Of a stretch of 64,000 nucleotides of DNA, positions 37,107-45,674 are shown piece by piece. A program made the position numbers and the translations under genes. Origin of the DNA: Chitinophaga pinensis. GTDB lineage: Bacteria > Bacteroidota > Bacteroidia > UBA7662. The notes beneath the pieces were generated by a model. It had not been told where the DNA came from. It worked only from the letters and a program-made list of their open reading frames with translations, and ran no database searches. The stretch lies in assembly GCA_943369355.1 (NCBI GenBank), contig CALRMX020000002.1, forward strand, positions 113,376 to 177,375, in the 5' to 3' direction. Numbering within the stretch: the first letter of the stretch is position 1; each line of letters starts with the position of its first letter.

Positions 37107-37114
37107 TAGTTTTG
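37107..37114 (+). promoter_or_regulatory. -7 box TAGTTTTG upstream of hemN (19-nt spacer)
   Basis: Exact TAnnTTTG match. Confidence 0.4.
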
Positions 37115-37133
37115 GAGGTCTTTATCCTTTTTT

Positions 37134-38522
37134 ATGGAAATAGCCGAACTCCTTCAACGCTACAACCTCCCCATACCGCGTTACACCAGCTATCCCACTG
37201 TACCACAGTGGAACGACTGGTCGACCGAGCGTGAGGTAACCCCACAAGGAGGCGCCAGCGAGCTCCTTCGCTGGGAAGCTGCCGTACGTCAAACGTTCCG
37301 CATTCAGAACCGCCCGGAGGGTATAAGTGTGTACATTCACCTGCCCTATTGTGAGAGTTTGTGCACCTATTGCGGGTGTAATAAAAAAATCACCACCAAT
37401 CACGAAGTCGAACAGCCGTATATCGATGCTGTATTGCGCGAGTGGGCCATGTATGTCCAGCTCTTCCCCGAAGCGCCGCTCCTCCGCGAACTGCATTTGG
37501 GTGGAGGCACGCCAACCTTCTTTTCTTCCGCTAACTTGGCTTGCCTTATTGAAGGCATTTTAGCTCCCAGCGCACTCCATCCCGAATTTGAGTTTGGGTT
37601 TGAAGGTCACCCCAACAATACTACCTACGAGCAATTGCGCACCTTACACGAACATGGCTTCCGACGGGTGAGTTTTGGCGTGCAAGATCTCGATCCCGAA
37701 GTGCAGTTGATCATCAATCGTATTCAGCCCTTCGAAAATTTGAAACAAGTCACCGAGTGGTCGCGTGAACTAGGCTACAGCTCGGTGAACTTCGACCTCA
37801 TTTATGGATTGCCACGGCAAAATGAAGCGCGGCTACAACGTACCATTCAACAAGCGCTTAGTTTAAAGCCCGACCGTATTGCCTTTTACAGTTATGCGCA
37901 TATCCCCTGGAAATCGAAAGCGCAGCGATTATACAGCGAGCTCGACCTGCCCGATACCGCTACCAAAATGCAACTGTACCTGAACGGCAGGCAGCAATTT
38001 CTCACAGCCGGATATACCGACATCGGGATGGACCATTTTGCCCTGCAGAACGATGCCTTGGCTTTGGCCGCGGCTCAAAACCGACTGCACCGCAATTTCA
38101 TGGGGTATACCACCACCCAGAGTAGATTGCTCATCGGCTTAGGGGTTTCGAGCATCAGCGACGCGGCCATTGCCTACGCCCAAAACACCCGCGAGCTGAG
38201 CACTTATCTCCGCAAAACCGAAGCAAACGAATGGCCACTCGATAAAGGGTGTTTCTTGCAACGCGACGATCAGATTAATCGCCGACATATACTCGACCTT
38301 TCCTGTCAAGGGCGAACCGTGCTCGAAAACGACTACGAATTTGGGCCACAAGCCACGCACTTATTGAAGCAAATGCAAAACGACGGCCTGGTCACTTTCG
38401 ACGGACAACAACTCGCGGCTACCGCCAAAGGCCGATTATTTACGCGAAATATTTGCAGCTTGTTTGATCAGCACTTGTTGCGCACGGGAAATCGAGAAAA
38501 CCAATATTCGAAATCCATATAG
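37134..38522 (+). CDS. hemN: Oxygen-independent coproporphyrinogen III oxidase (radical SAM)
   Basis: ISVYIHLPYCESLCTYCGCNK (CxxxCxxC plus the fourth Cys), and GGGTPTF. 462 aa. Confidence 0.92.
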   Translation: MEIAELLQRYNLPIPRYTSYPTVPQWNDWSTEREVTPQGGASELLRWEAAVRQTFRIQNRPEGISVYIHLPYCESLCTYCGCNKKITTNHEVEQPYIDAVLREWAMYVQLFPEAPLLRELHLGGGTPTFFSSANLACLIEGILAPSALHPEFEFGFEGHPNNTTYEQLRTLHEHGFRRVSFGVQDLDPEVQLIINRIQPFENLKQVTEWSRELGYSSVNFDLIYGLPRQNEARLQRTIQQALSLKPDRIAFYSYAHIPWKSKAQRLYSELDLPDTATKMQLYLNGRQQFLTAGYTDIGMDHFALQNDALALAAAQNRLHRNFMGYTTTQSRLLIGLGVSSISDAAIAYAQNTRELSTYLRKTEANEWPLDKGCFLQRDDQINRRHILDLSCQGRTVLENDYEFGPQATHLLKQMQNDGLVTFDGQQLAATAKGRLFTRNICSLFDQHLLRTGNRENQYSKSI

Positions 38523-38552
38523 CGCTCGATGCGTAGCTATGGCTATCAACGA

Positions 38553-38560
38553 TATCTTTG
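38553..38560 (+). promoter_or_regulatory. -7 box TATCTTTG upstream of the oxyR-like gene (18-nt spacer)
   Basis: Exact TAnnTTTG match. Confidence 0.4.
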
Positions 38561-38578
38561 TCATCGCTATCATCTATC

Positions 38579-39517
38579 ATGAATTTACAGCAACTCGAGT
38601 ACATCTTGGCCATCGATCGTTATCGGAACTTTACTCGTGCAGCAGAGGCTTGTTTTGTTACGCAAGCGACTTTAAGCGCCATGGTCAAAAAGCTGGAAGA
38701 AGAACTGGGAGTCGTAATTTTCGATAGGCGCAGCAGTCCGATCATGCCGACTGAAATTGGCAAAGAGCTGCTCATAGAAGCCAGGGAAGTGCTGGCGCAC
38801 ACCACCTTGCTCACCGAAAAAGCAAAAAGCAGCAGTGGCAAGGTAGAAGGTCATTTGCGATTGGCGGTTATACCTACCATTGCCAATTCCTTTCTACCAC
38901 GCATTCTTCAACCCCTTTTGGCAACTTATCCGGGTTTGTCGCTCGAAATCACCGAATACACTACCTCCAACATCATCCGGCAATTGCGCGAAGGAACCAT
39001 CGACCTCGGTCTACTTTCTACCCCGGTAGAAGCACCCGACATGGAACACCGCCTGTTGTATTACGAAAGTTTGATGGTTTACGGCGATATCGACAAACTG
39101 AAACGCTACGTTTTGCCCGAAGAAATACGTAATCATAAGGTTTGGTTGCTGGAAGAAGGCCATTGTTTGCGCACTCAGTTTATGAACCTCTGCTCGTTAA
39201 GAGAAGGCGACAGTCGTTTTCAGAACCTGAAGTTTGAAGCTTCCTCCTTCGAAACTCTCCTCAATATGGTGGATCAGTTTGGCGGACTTACCCTCATTCC
39301 GGAGCTGCTGTATCTTGACCTACCTGCCGAACGTAAAAGCAGAGTGAGTTTTTTCGAAGCGCCCTTACCTGTGAGAGAAGTAAGTTTGATGTATTATCGT
39401 CCTTACGCCAAACGTAGCTTGATTGATGCAGTTGAAAAATTCATCATCGCTACCATGAACCCAATATTGATCTCGCGCGATATCGACAAAGAAGAGCTGA
39501 GCATTACAGCCATATAA
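38579..39517 (+). CDS. oxyR: LysR-family regulator, OxyR-like
   Basis: N-terminal HTH LQQLEYILAIDRYRNFTRAAEACFVTQATLS. The redox pair EEGHCLRTQFMNLCS has the same C-x8-C spacing as E. coli OxyR C199/C208 (GHCLRDQAMGFC). Confidence 0.8.
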   Translation: MNLQQLEYILAIDRYRNFTRAAEACFVTQATLSAMVKKLEEELGVVIFDRRSSPIMPTEIGKELLIEAREVLAHTTLLTEKAKSSSGKVEGHLRLAVIPTIANSFLPRILQPLLATYPGLSLEITEYTTSNIIRQLREGTIDLGLLSTPVEAPDMEHRLLYYESLMVYGDIDKLKRYVLPEEIRNHKVWLLEEGHCLRTQFMNLCSLREGDSRFQNLKFEASSFETLLNMVDQFGGLTLIPELLYLDLPAERKSRVSFFEAPLPVREVSLMYYRPYAKRSLIDAVEKFIIATMNPILISRDIDKEELSITAI

Positions 39518-40042
39518 TTAACGCTGGCGTAGCCGCTTGTATACCGCAATTGCCGCCATCAGTACAGCAATAAAAACGACCAGCCCAAGTAATCCCCATG
39601 CCATCGACAAGGTGTTTTTTAATACCACTAAAAAAACGATGGCTACGAGGAAAATGGTCGCTACTTCGTTCCAGATACGTAATCGGGTGCTGCTCCAAAC
39701 AAAATTAGCCTTAGCCTGCCTGCGATAAAGCATCCAACAACTGTGGTGGTAGGCATATAAACCCGCTACAAAGCTCACCTTGGTGAGTAGCCAAGGCGGA
39801 GTACTACCGTACAAATGCCACATCCATAAACCAAAAAACAAGGTAAGTACGGCCGAAGGAACGGTTATACCGCGCCACAGTCGACGCAACTGCCCGGCAT
39901 ATTGCTCCAATAAGATTGACTTTGCCGGCTCATCCCTCTCGGAAGCTTCTACCTGATAAATCAAAAGTCTGACGAAATAAAATAGGCCAGCAAACCAGGT
40001 AACCACAAAAAGTATGTGCAGCGCTTTAACGTAGAGGTACAT
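39518..40042 (-). CDS. hemJ: Protoporphyrinogen IX oxidase HemJ (UPF0093/CopD-like membrane protein)
   Basis: [29 protein letters not shown] is the HemJ-family N-terminus. 174 aa, 4-5 TM. Start moved to ATG 40042. Confidence 0.8.
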   Translation of the reverse strand: MYLYVKALHILFVVTWFAGLFYFVRLLIYQVEASERDEPAKSILLEQYAGQLRRLWRGITVPSAVLTLFFGLWMWHLYGSTPPWLLTKVSFVAGLYAYHHSCWMLYRRQAKANFVWSSTRLRIWNEVATIFLVAIVFLVVLKNTLSMAWGLLGLVVFIAVLMAAIAVYKRLRQR

Positions 40043-40046
40043 ATTG

Positions 40047-40054
40047 CAAAAATA
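40047..40054 (-). promoter_or_regulatory. -7 box (TATTTTTG on the minus strand), 4 nt upstream of the hemJ ATG
   Basis: The plus strand reads CAT-ATTG-CAAAAATA. Confidence 0.45.
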
Positions 40055-40120
40055 GCGCGCGATTTGTCGCGTTTCACGCACTTTTTTGGAAACACCATTT
40101 CCGCCACTTATGCTTGTAGT

Positions 40121-41662
40121 ATGGCCTTGATAAAAACCTTTGGAAGCGCAGTGATGGGCGTGAGTGCCTACACCATCACCGTGGAGGTAGATGTAACTCC
40201 TGGACAAACCGGCTACTACCTGGTAGGTTTGCCCGATTCTGCGGTAAAAGAAGGTCAGCAGCGAATTGAATCGGCCATCTTAAACAGTGGCTACAAATAT
40301 CCGCGCTACAAATGTGTGATCAATATGGCTCCTGCCGACATACGAAAAGAGGGTTCGGCTTACGACCTAACCATCGCAGCGGGTTTTTTATCGGCCACCG
40401 GTCAGCTGCATCACGAGCTTCTCGAAAAATACATCCTCATGGGTGAGTTATCGCTCGATGGCACACTCAAACCCATCAAAGGCGCACTGCCCATGGCCAT
40501 TCAAGCAAAAAAGGAAGGCTTTATGGGCATGCTTCTTCCCGCCACCAATGCCCGCGAAGCTGCCATGGTGAGCGGGCTGCAGGTGTACGGCTTGAATGAA
40601 CTTCGCGAGCTGGTAACCTTCTTCGAGTCGCCCGAACGTTTCACGCCCGAACAAGTGAACACCCGTGAGGAGTTTTACAACCAGCAGTCGCAGTTCGACT
40701 TCGACTTTAGCGATGTAAAGGGCCAAGAACAAATTAAACGCGCACTAGAAATAGCGGCAGCAGGCGGCCACAACGTCCTACTCATTGGGCCGCCTGGCTC
40801 AGGTAAAACCATGCTCAGCAAACGGTTGCCCACCATTTTACCACCACTTACCCTGCATGAGGCACTAGAAACCACCAAAATACACTCAGTTGCAGGCAAA
40901 TTGCCCACCCAAGCTTCGTTGATCGCAGTTCGGCCATTTCGCTCCCCGCACCACACCATATCCGATGTGGCGTTGGTAGGTGGTGGAGGTCACCCACAGC
41001 CCGGTGAAATAAGTCTCGCGCACAACGGCGTTCTTTTTCTCGACGAACTTCCCGAATTCAAACGTACTGTGCTCGAGGTCATGCGACAACCCCTCGAGGA
41101 AAGGCGTGTGACCATCTCACGGGCACGCTTTACGGTCGATTATCCTGCTAGCTTTATGTTGGTGGCTGCGATGAACCCCTGCCCCTGCGGTTATTACAAC
41201 CACCCAGAAAAAGAATGCGTTTGCGGTCAGCACAATGTACAACGCTACCTCAGCAAGGTGAGCGGCCCTTTGCTCGACCGCATTGATTTGCACGTAGAGG
41301 TTACACCTGTACCTTTTAGCGAACTTACTCAAAATCGGCCCACGGAGGGCAGCGAACGAATACGCGAACGTGTTTTACGCGCGCGAGAAATTCAACAACA
41401 ACGATTGGCCGAAAGTGGTATCGGCTGCAATGCACAAATGAGTGGCAATCAAGTACGGCTGTATTGCGAAATAAGTCAGGCAGGCATGTTGTTGCTCAAA
41501 ACAGCCATGGAAAAACTAGGGCTGAGTGCTCGTGCCTACGATAGAATTCTGAAAGTAGCCCGTACCATAGCCGACCTCGACAACAGCCCTTCAATTCAAG
41601 TAGAACAGCTAGCCGAAGCCATTCAATACCGTAGCCTCGACCGTGATAGCTGGGGAGCATGA
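40121..41662 (+). CDS. comM: YifB/ComM-family Mg-chelatase-like AAA+ ATPase
   Basis: Lon-protease-like N-domain, Walker [14 protein letters not shown], Walker [11 protein letters not shown], a Cys cluster NPCPCGY...CVC, and a C-terminal ChlI-like helix bundle. Confidence 0.9.
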   Translation: MALIKTFGSAVMGVSAYTITVEVDVTPGQTGYYLVGLPDSAVKEGQQRIESAILNSGYKYPRYKCVINMAPADIRKEGSAYDLTIAAGFLSATGQLHHELLEKYILMGELSLDGTLKPIKGALPMAIQAKKEGFMGMLLPATNAREAAMVSGLQVYGLNELRELVTFFESPERFTPEQVNTREEFYNQQSQFDFDFSDVKGQEQIKRALEIAAAGGHNVLLIGPPGSGKTMLSKRLPTILPPLTLHEALETTKIHSVAGKLPTQASLIAVRPFRSPHHTISDVALVGGGGHPQPGEISLAHNGVLFLDELPEFKRTVLEVMRQPLEERRVTISRARFTVDYPASFMLVAAMNPCPCGYYNHPEKECVCGQHNVQRYLSKVSGPLLDRIDLHVEVTPVPFSELTQNRPTEGSERIRERVLRAREIQQQRLAESGIGCNAQMSGNQVRLYCEISQAGMLLLKTAMEKLGLSARAYDRILKVARTIADLDNSPSIQVEQLAEAIQYRSLDRDSWGA

Positions 41663-41704
41663 CGCGAATGATTGAAAATATCCTCGGTGTGAGTATACTT
41701 GTAA

Positions 41705-42424
41705 ATGCAACAACCCTCTTTAGATGCCTGTACCCAATGCGGAACTGTTCGAGTTGGTCCTTATTGCCATCAATGTGGTCAGCTGCACAGTGGGAAAAAA
41801 GCTGGCCTAATCTTGTTGATACGTGAAAGCCTGGGCACTTTTTTTTCGTTGGAGCGCTCGGGTTTGGCTACACTATGGCAGCTCTTAAAAAATCCTCGTT
41901 TCGTTATTTCCAACTATCTCAATGGCAACCGTGGCTATCACCAACCACCCAATAAGCTCCTCTTTTATGCCTTGGTTGTGTATGGCTTACACGTAACGCT
42001 TGTCGATTCCAATGTTCTCAACTTAACCTTGGATATTGAGGGGACAACTCCGTCCTTATTTTTTATGCTCCTCGTTATTCCATTTCTTAGCCTTGGAGGA
42101 TGGCTTTTATACAACCCAAGAAAGTATGGTTTTGCCGACCACCTGGTAGCGAATAGCTATTTCGTTTCGGTTTGGTTCATCTTGCTTACCGTAATTGGCG
42201 ATACTATCGATTACATTCACCCGCGCGATTGGGATTATGTCGACTTCTTCGTATTCATGGCGGCAACGACCCTACACAATACACTCTATTTTATCCCACA
42301 GAAGCCACTATATCAAAAAATCGTCTTTCCACTCGTACATATCCTACTCTACTTCCTTATTCTGGCTTCCCTCGCAGGACTCATCTACCTTTTAGGAGGT
42401 AGGGTTTCAGAAACAACCCTCTAA
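41705..42424 (+). CDS. DUF3667-like membrane protein with N-terminal zinc ribbon
   Basis: CTQCGTVRVGPYCHQCGQ, followed by about 5 TM segments. Confidence 0.6.
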   Translation: MQQPSLDACTQCGTVRVGPYCHQCGQLHSGKKAGLILLIRESLGTFFSLERSGLATLWQLLKNPRFVISNYLNGNRGYHQPPNKLLFYALVVYGLHVTLVDSNVLNLTLDIEGTTPSLFFMLLVIPFLSLGGWLLYNPRKYGFADHLVANSYFVSVWFILLTVIGDTIDYIHPRDWDYVDFFVFMAATTLHNTLYFIPQKPLYQKIVFPLVHILLYFLILASLAGLIYLLGGRVSETTL

Positions 42425-42438
42425 TCCAAACCAAACTT

Positions 42439-43944
42439 ATGCGCTTTTATCTTTTAGCATGTGCTCTCCTTGTTCCGTTTATAGGTTCAGCACAGGTGCC
42501 TTCTTTTGTTCCCACCAATGGCCTAGTGGCTTGGTATGGCATGAACAATAGCCCCAACGACTTATCGGGCAACGGAAACAATGCCACCCTCAATGGCGGA
42601 GTAACCGCCATTGCTGACAGAAACGGCAACCCCAATTCGGCCTATTCATTCAACGGTACCAATGGCAATCTGGTGGTACAGACTCCGAGCTTTCAATTTT
42701 CGCCAACTGGTCAGTTCACCTATGCCATCTGGATACGCCGCACCTCAACGGCTGGTGTCCCGGTGATTATGGCTACTACCGCTGCCAACAATTTTATTTC
42801 GATGATTGGCGGCACCGGCGATATGCGGTTTGGTACCAACAAACAACAATCGGCTTGGATATGGGCAACCACCACCTACACCTTGAATCAGTGGGAACAT
42901 TTTGTGGCCGTGTACAACAACAGCAGCATGACCTTCTACAAAAATGGTCAAGTAGCCGCTACTGCTACGTACAACCACACTGGTGCAAACACAGCTACCT
43001 TGCCTTTGTACATTGGTTCGGGTATCAATACCCAGTTTTTTGGTGGTAGTCTCGACGATTTCGGCGTTTGGACCCGTGCACTTTCGGCCAACGAAGTTGA
43101 GCAGCTCTTCCAAGGGTGTGCGGCAGGCATAAGCACCCAACCGCGCGACACCTCCGTGGTGCGTGGCTCCAACATTCGACTAGTTTCGTCCTCGGTTGGT
43201 TCGGGTGTAAGCTATCAATGGCAACGCAATGGCGCTGTAGGTTGGGTAAACTTAAGCAATGGCGGGCTATTCAACGGCGTTACTACCGATACCTTAACCA
43301 TTTCAGCTGCCGATTTTACGATCAACAACAATCAATTCCGCTGCTTAGTAAGCGCAGCCTCTTGCAGCGATACCTCCGATGTGGCCACCATAACTGTACG
43401 TTGTAACCAGCAACTGAGCAACCAGCCACTCAATACTACCCGCGACATGAATAGCACGGCACTTTTTACCACAAGTTCATTCGATCCTGCATCGGCCTAT
43501 CAATGGCAGGTAGATAGCAGCGGTTCGTTCGTGAATCTGGTCAATGGCGGCCAGTATTCAGGGGTAAACGACGACAGCTTACGCATCAATAACTTGCGTA
43601 CCGCCCAAACCGGACATCGCTTTCGCTGTATTTTGAGCAATAACCCTTGCAGCGATACCACCGCTGCTGCCACTTTAACGGTGGTGAATACTACTTCTGT
43701 GGAAGAAAATGCCCTACTAAAACTTCAGGCCTACCCCAATCCTGCGAACGAGTATTGGAACATTACTACCGAGTCCAAAGCCATTGGAAGCACCTATTAT
43801 GTGGTAGATGGGCTAGGCAGAAAAATAACGGAAGGTCAAATCACTGCTGAACGCTTCGAGCTTAGTGCGGCAGCGCTGAACAAAGGCATTTATTTCTTGC
43901 GAATAGCAGGGTATAAAACGGCCGTAAAACTAATTCGAAAGTAA
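42439..43944 (+). CDS. Secreted LamG/concanavalin-like lectin domain protein with two Ig-like YQWQ repeats and a T9SS C-terminal sorting domain
   Basis: LamG-type NGN..L.F.G......P....G.FT...W and SLDDFGVWTRALS. Two repeats of YQWQ...NGG.(F/Y).GV..D.L.I...FRC(L/I).S..CSDT. The CTD is LQAYPNPANEYWNI...GIYFLRI. Confidence 0.75.
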   Translation: MRFYLLACALLVPFIGSAQVPSFVPTNGLVAWYGMNNSPNDLSGNGNNATLNGGVTAIADRNGNPNSAYSFNGTNGNLVVQTPSFQFSPTGQFTYAIWIRRTSTAGVPVIMATTAANNFISMIGGTGDMRFGTNKQQSAWIWATTTYTLNQWEHFVAVYNNSSMTFYKNGQVAATATYNHTGANTATLPLYIGSGINTQFFGGSLDDFGVWTRALSANEVEQLFQGCAAGISTQPRDTSVVRGSNIRLVSSSVGSGVSYQWQRNGAVGWVNLSNGGLFNGVTTDTLTISAADFTINNNQFRCLVSAASCSDTSDVATITVRCNQQLSNQPLNTTRDMNSTALFTTSSFDPASAYQWQVDSSGSFVNLVNGGQYSGVNDDSLRINNLRTAQTGHRFRCILSNNPCSDTTAAATLTVVNTTSVEENALLKLQAYPNPANEYWNITTESKAIGSTYYVVDGLGRKITEGQITAERFELSAAALNKGIYFLRIAGYKTAVKLIRK

Positions 43945-43962
43945 ATGGGTCAGTAAGCATAC

Positions 43963-44003
43963 CAACAAACCCCCGCTGAATACAGTCGGGGGTTTGTTGT
44001 TTT
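43963..44003. terminator. Strong hairpin terminator between convergent T9SS-cargo genes
   Basis: Perfect 13-bp stem CAACAAACCCCCG / CGGGGGTTTGTTG, an 11-nt loop, then TTTT. Confidence 0.75.
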
Positions 44004-44005
44004 CG

Positions 44006-45553
44006 TTAGTTTTTGATGAGTTTGCGAACTGCCAATTTTTGCCCTTGAGTTAATCGTGCTACATACAATCCAGGTGCTAAATCGGAGGTAGATAGGCTAA
44101 TTTCATGATCGCCGGCCGCTACGGTTCCTGCTCGAATCACTCGGCCTTGAAGATCAACCAGTTCGTAGCGCGTAGGGCTGTTAGTAACGTCTACGCGTAT
44201 TTTCAATTCTGTATCGAACGGTACTGGAAAGAAATGTGCCTGCAGTTCTTGTTGGTTTTCCAACACAGCAGTGAAATAATTTTCACAGCCCGCATTTTGG
44301 TTTTGGTAGAAGCTTCTGATTTGGTCGACTCTGCTTTTTAAGGCGGTGATAGAATTCAAATTACTGGTACCTCGGGCATAAACGTAGGCAACATCAAAGC
44401 AAAAACTTTCGCCCGCTTCGAGCAATACAGGTCCTATGATGCCCAATCCACGTCGGTCGCCTGCCGTATTGCCTAAGGTTACCTCATTGGCCCCTGTACC
44501 TTCTACCGGATTGCCGTCGAAGGCGTAGTTGGCGGGGCGGTTGCTTCCGTCTTTGAACTTACCCGTCATATACCGATAGCGCTGTAAAGGCGTAACGGGG
44601 TCGCCGTTATTGCTAGTGTCGTTGTTGTAATACACAAAACGGCTCATGTTGTGGCTCAAAAATACCACTGCCTGTGCGGGAGGTGCGGCACCATAACCCG
44701 AAGCCGTGGTTTCGTCGTCGTTGTCGGCATTGTAGGTGTAAAACATGGCGCGTGCAGGATCACTTCCAATAAAATCATCGGCATAGTTTCCTAAATCCAT
44801 ATCGCTCCAGTGGCCCAAATACAGCGAATCGTAGGTTTTATCGCTACGATTTTCGATGCGGTATTGCACAAAAACCGTGTAGGCCAACGACGAATCAACA
44901 CCTGGCTGATCGAATGCATATAATTGTGTATGAAAGTTAAAATCAGTAGCAATGTTGTTGCTTGTGGATACCACGCGGGTATCCGAACTCAAGGCATATA
45001 CCGATTGTGAACCTCGCATGACCGGAAAATCGGCATTTGCGGTATCGTACTTGCCGTCTTGGTTAGTATCGTGGTAAGGAGCCAACCTGTACGATACGCC
45101 CTTGGTAGTATCGCCAGTTCCGGGATAGTTGCCAAAGGTTGTTGGCACCCGATAACCCGGTTGACCAACATTGAGGCGGAATGAATCAATATCGCTGGCT
45201 TTGAACTTCCAGGTGCGATTAAAAAACGAGTTGAGCTGTGCACCAGAATAGGCACCGCTCGTTGCCCACGGACCAATACTAAAGCCCGGTCCACCATCGG
45301 CGGTTTGTCCGTATGCTTGAGCAGCAGTATGCAAGGTGCCCAAGCGGTCGTATCCAGCAACCCATAGGTTAGCGGCAAATACCGTGGTTAAGCCGGAGCC
45401 CCGTGGAACTTCCAAACCTGATGAAGTGCCGCTGTAAAACAGTGCGCCCGTTGGGAATAGTGTTGCTTTCACCCGATTGACGTCGGTAAAATTAGACTGC
45501 GCTAAAACACCATAAGGTAGCAACAGCAGGATTAATAAATAAAAATTCCTCAT
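44006..45553 (-). CDS. Secreted hypothetical protein with T9SS C-terminal sorting domain
   Basis: Signal peptide MRNFYLLILLLLPYGVLAQ. The C-terminal HFFPVPFDTELKIRV...GLYVARL...KLIKN is CTD-like. Start moved to ATG 45553. Confidence 0.65.
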   Translation of the reverse strand: MRNFYLLILLLLPYGVLAQSNFTDVNRVKATLFPTGALFYSGTSSGLEVPRGSGLTTVFAANLWVAGYDRLGTLHTAAQAYGQTADGGPGFSIGPWATSGAYSGAQLNSFFNRTWKFKASDIDSFRLNVGQPGYRVPTTFGNYPGTGDTTKGVSYRLAPYHDTNQDGKYDTANADFPVMRGSQSVYALSSDTRVVSTSNNIATDFNFHTQLYAFDQPGVDSSLAYTVFVQYRIENRSDKTYDSLYLGHWSDMDLGNYADDFIGSDPARAMFYTYNADNDDETTASGYGAAPPAQAVVFLSHNMSRFVYYNNDTSNNGDPVTPLQRYRYMTGKFKDGSNRPANYAFDGNPVEGTGANEVTLGNTAGDRRGLGIIGPVLLEAGESFCFDVAYVYARGTSNLNSITALKSRVDQIRSFYQNQNAGCENYFTAVLENQQELQAHFFPVPFDTELKIRVDVTNSPTRYELVDLQGRVIRAGTVAAGDHEISLSTSDLAPGLYVARLTQGQKLAVRKLIKN

Positions 45554-45602
45554 TATCAATAATTTAAACACGTGCAATCTGGCAATTATAACGGCCTAAA
45601 CC

Positions 45603-45661
45603 TATACCTATATTTAGGTATATTCATTTTTTAGACTTATCTAAATATTTCTTTAGATAAG
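45603..45661. promoter_or_regulatory. Two perfect palindromes in the 97-nt divergent spacer, the second abutting the -7 box of the TonB-dependent receptor gene
   Basis: TATACCTA-TATT-TAGGTATA at 45603-45622, and CTTATCTAAA-TATTTC-TTTAGATAAG at 45636-45661. Confidence 0.4.
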
Positions 45662-45662
45662 C

Positions 45663-45670
45663 TATCTTTG
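45663..45670 (+). promoter_or_regulatory. -7 box TATCTTTG, 4 nt upstream of the TonB-dependent receptor ATG
   Basis: Exact TAnnTTTG match. ATG at 45675. Confidence 0.45.
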
Positions 45671-45674
45671 TGGC

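Noticed and set aside
40016-40207. Apparent 190-nt overlap between divergent ORFs 39518..40207 (-) and 40016..41662 (+)
   Set aside because: This is an artefact of longest-ORF calling. Family-typical N-termini begin at ATG 40042 (hem[11 protein letters not shown]) and ATG 40121 (com[12 protein letters not shown]), which leaves a normal 78-nt divergent spacer. The same reasoning trims the starts of several other supplied ORFs: 7997..9415, 16789.., 21026.., 24819..25508, 33328..34056, 33854.., 34396.., 38558.. and 60168..60737.
42172-42402. Two alternative-frame ORFs (42172..42402 and 42195..42395) inside the DUF3667 gene
   Set aside because: They are nested in the C-terminal TM region of a gene with a coherent zinc-ribbon plus membrane architecture, and they have no features of their own.
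45578-45674. Possible cobalamin or other riboswitch in front of the TonB-dependent receptor
   Set aside because: The spacer is only 97 nt, and the -7 box sits 4 nt from the ATG, which leaves no room for a riboswitch aptamer. No conserved B12-box-like sequence was seen.
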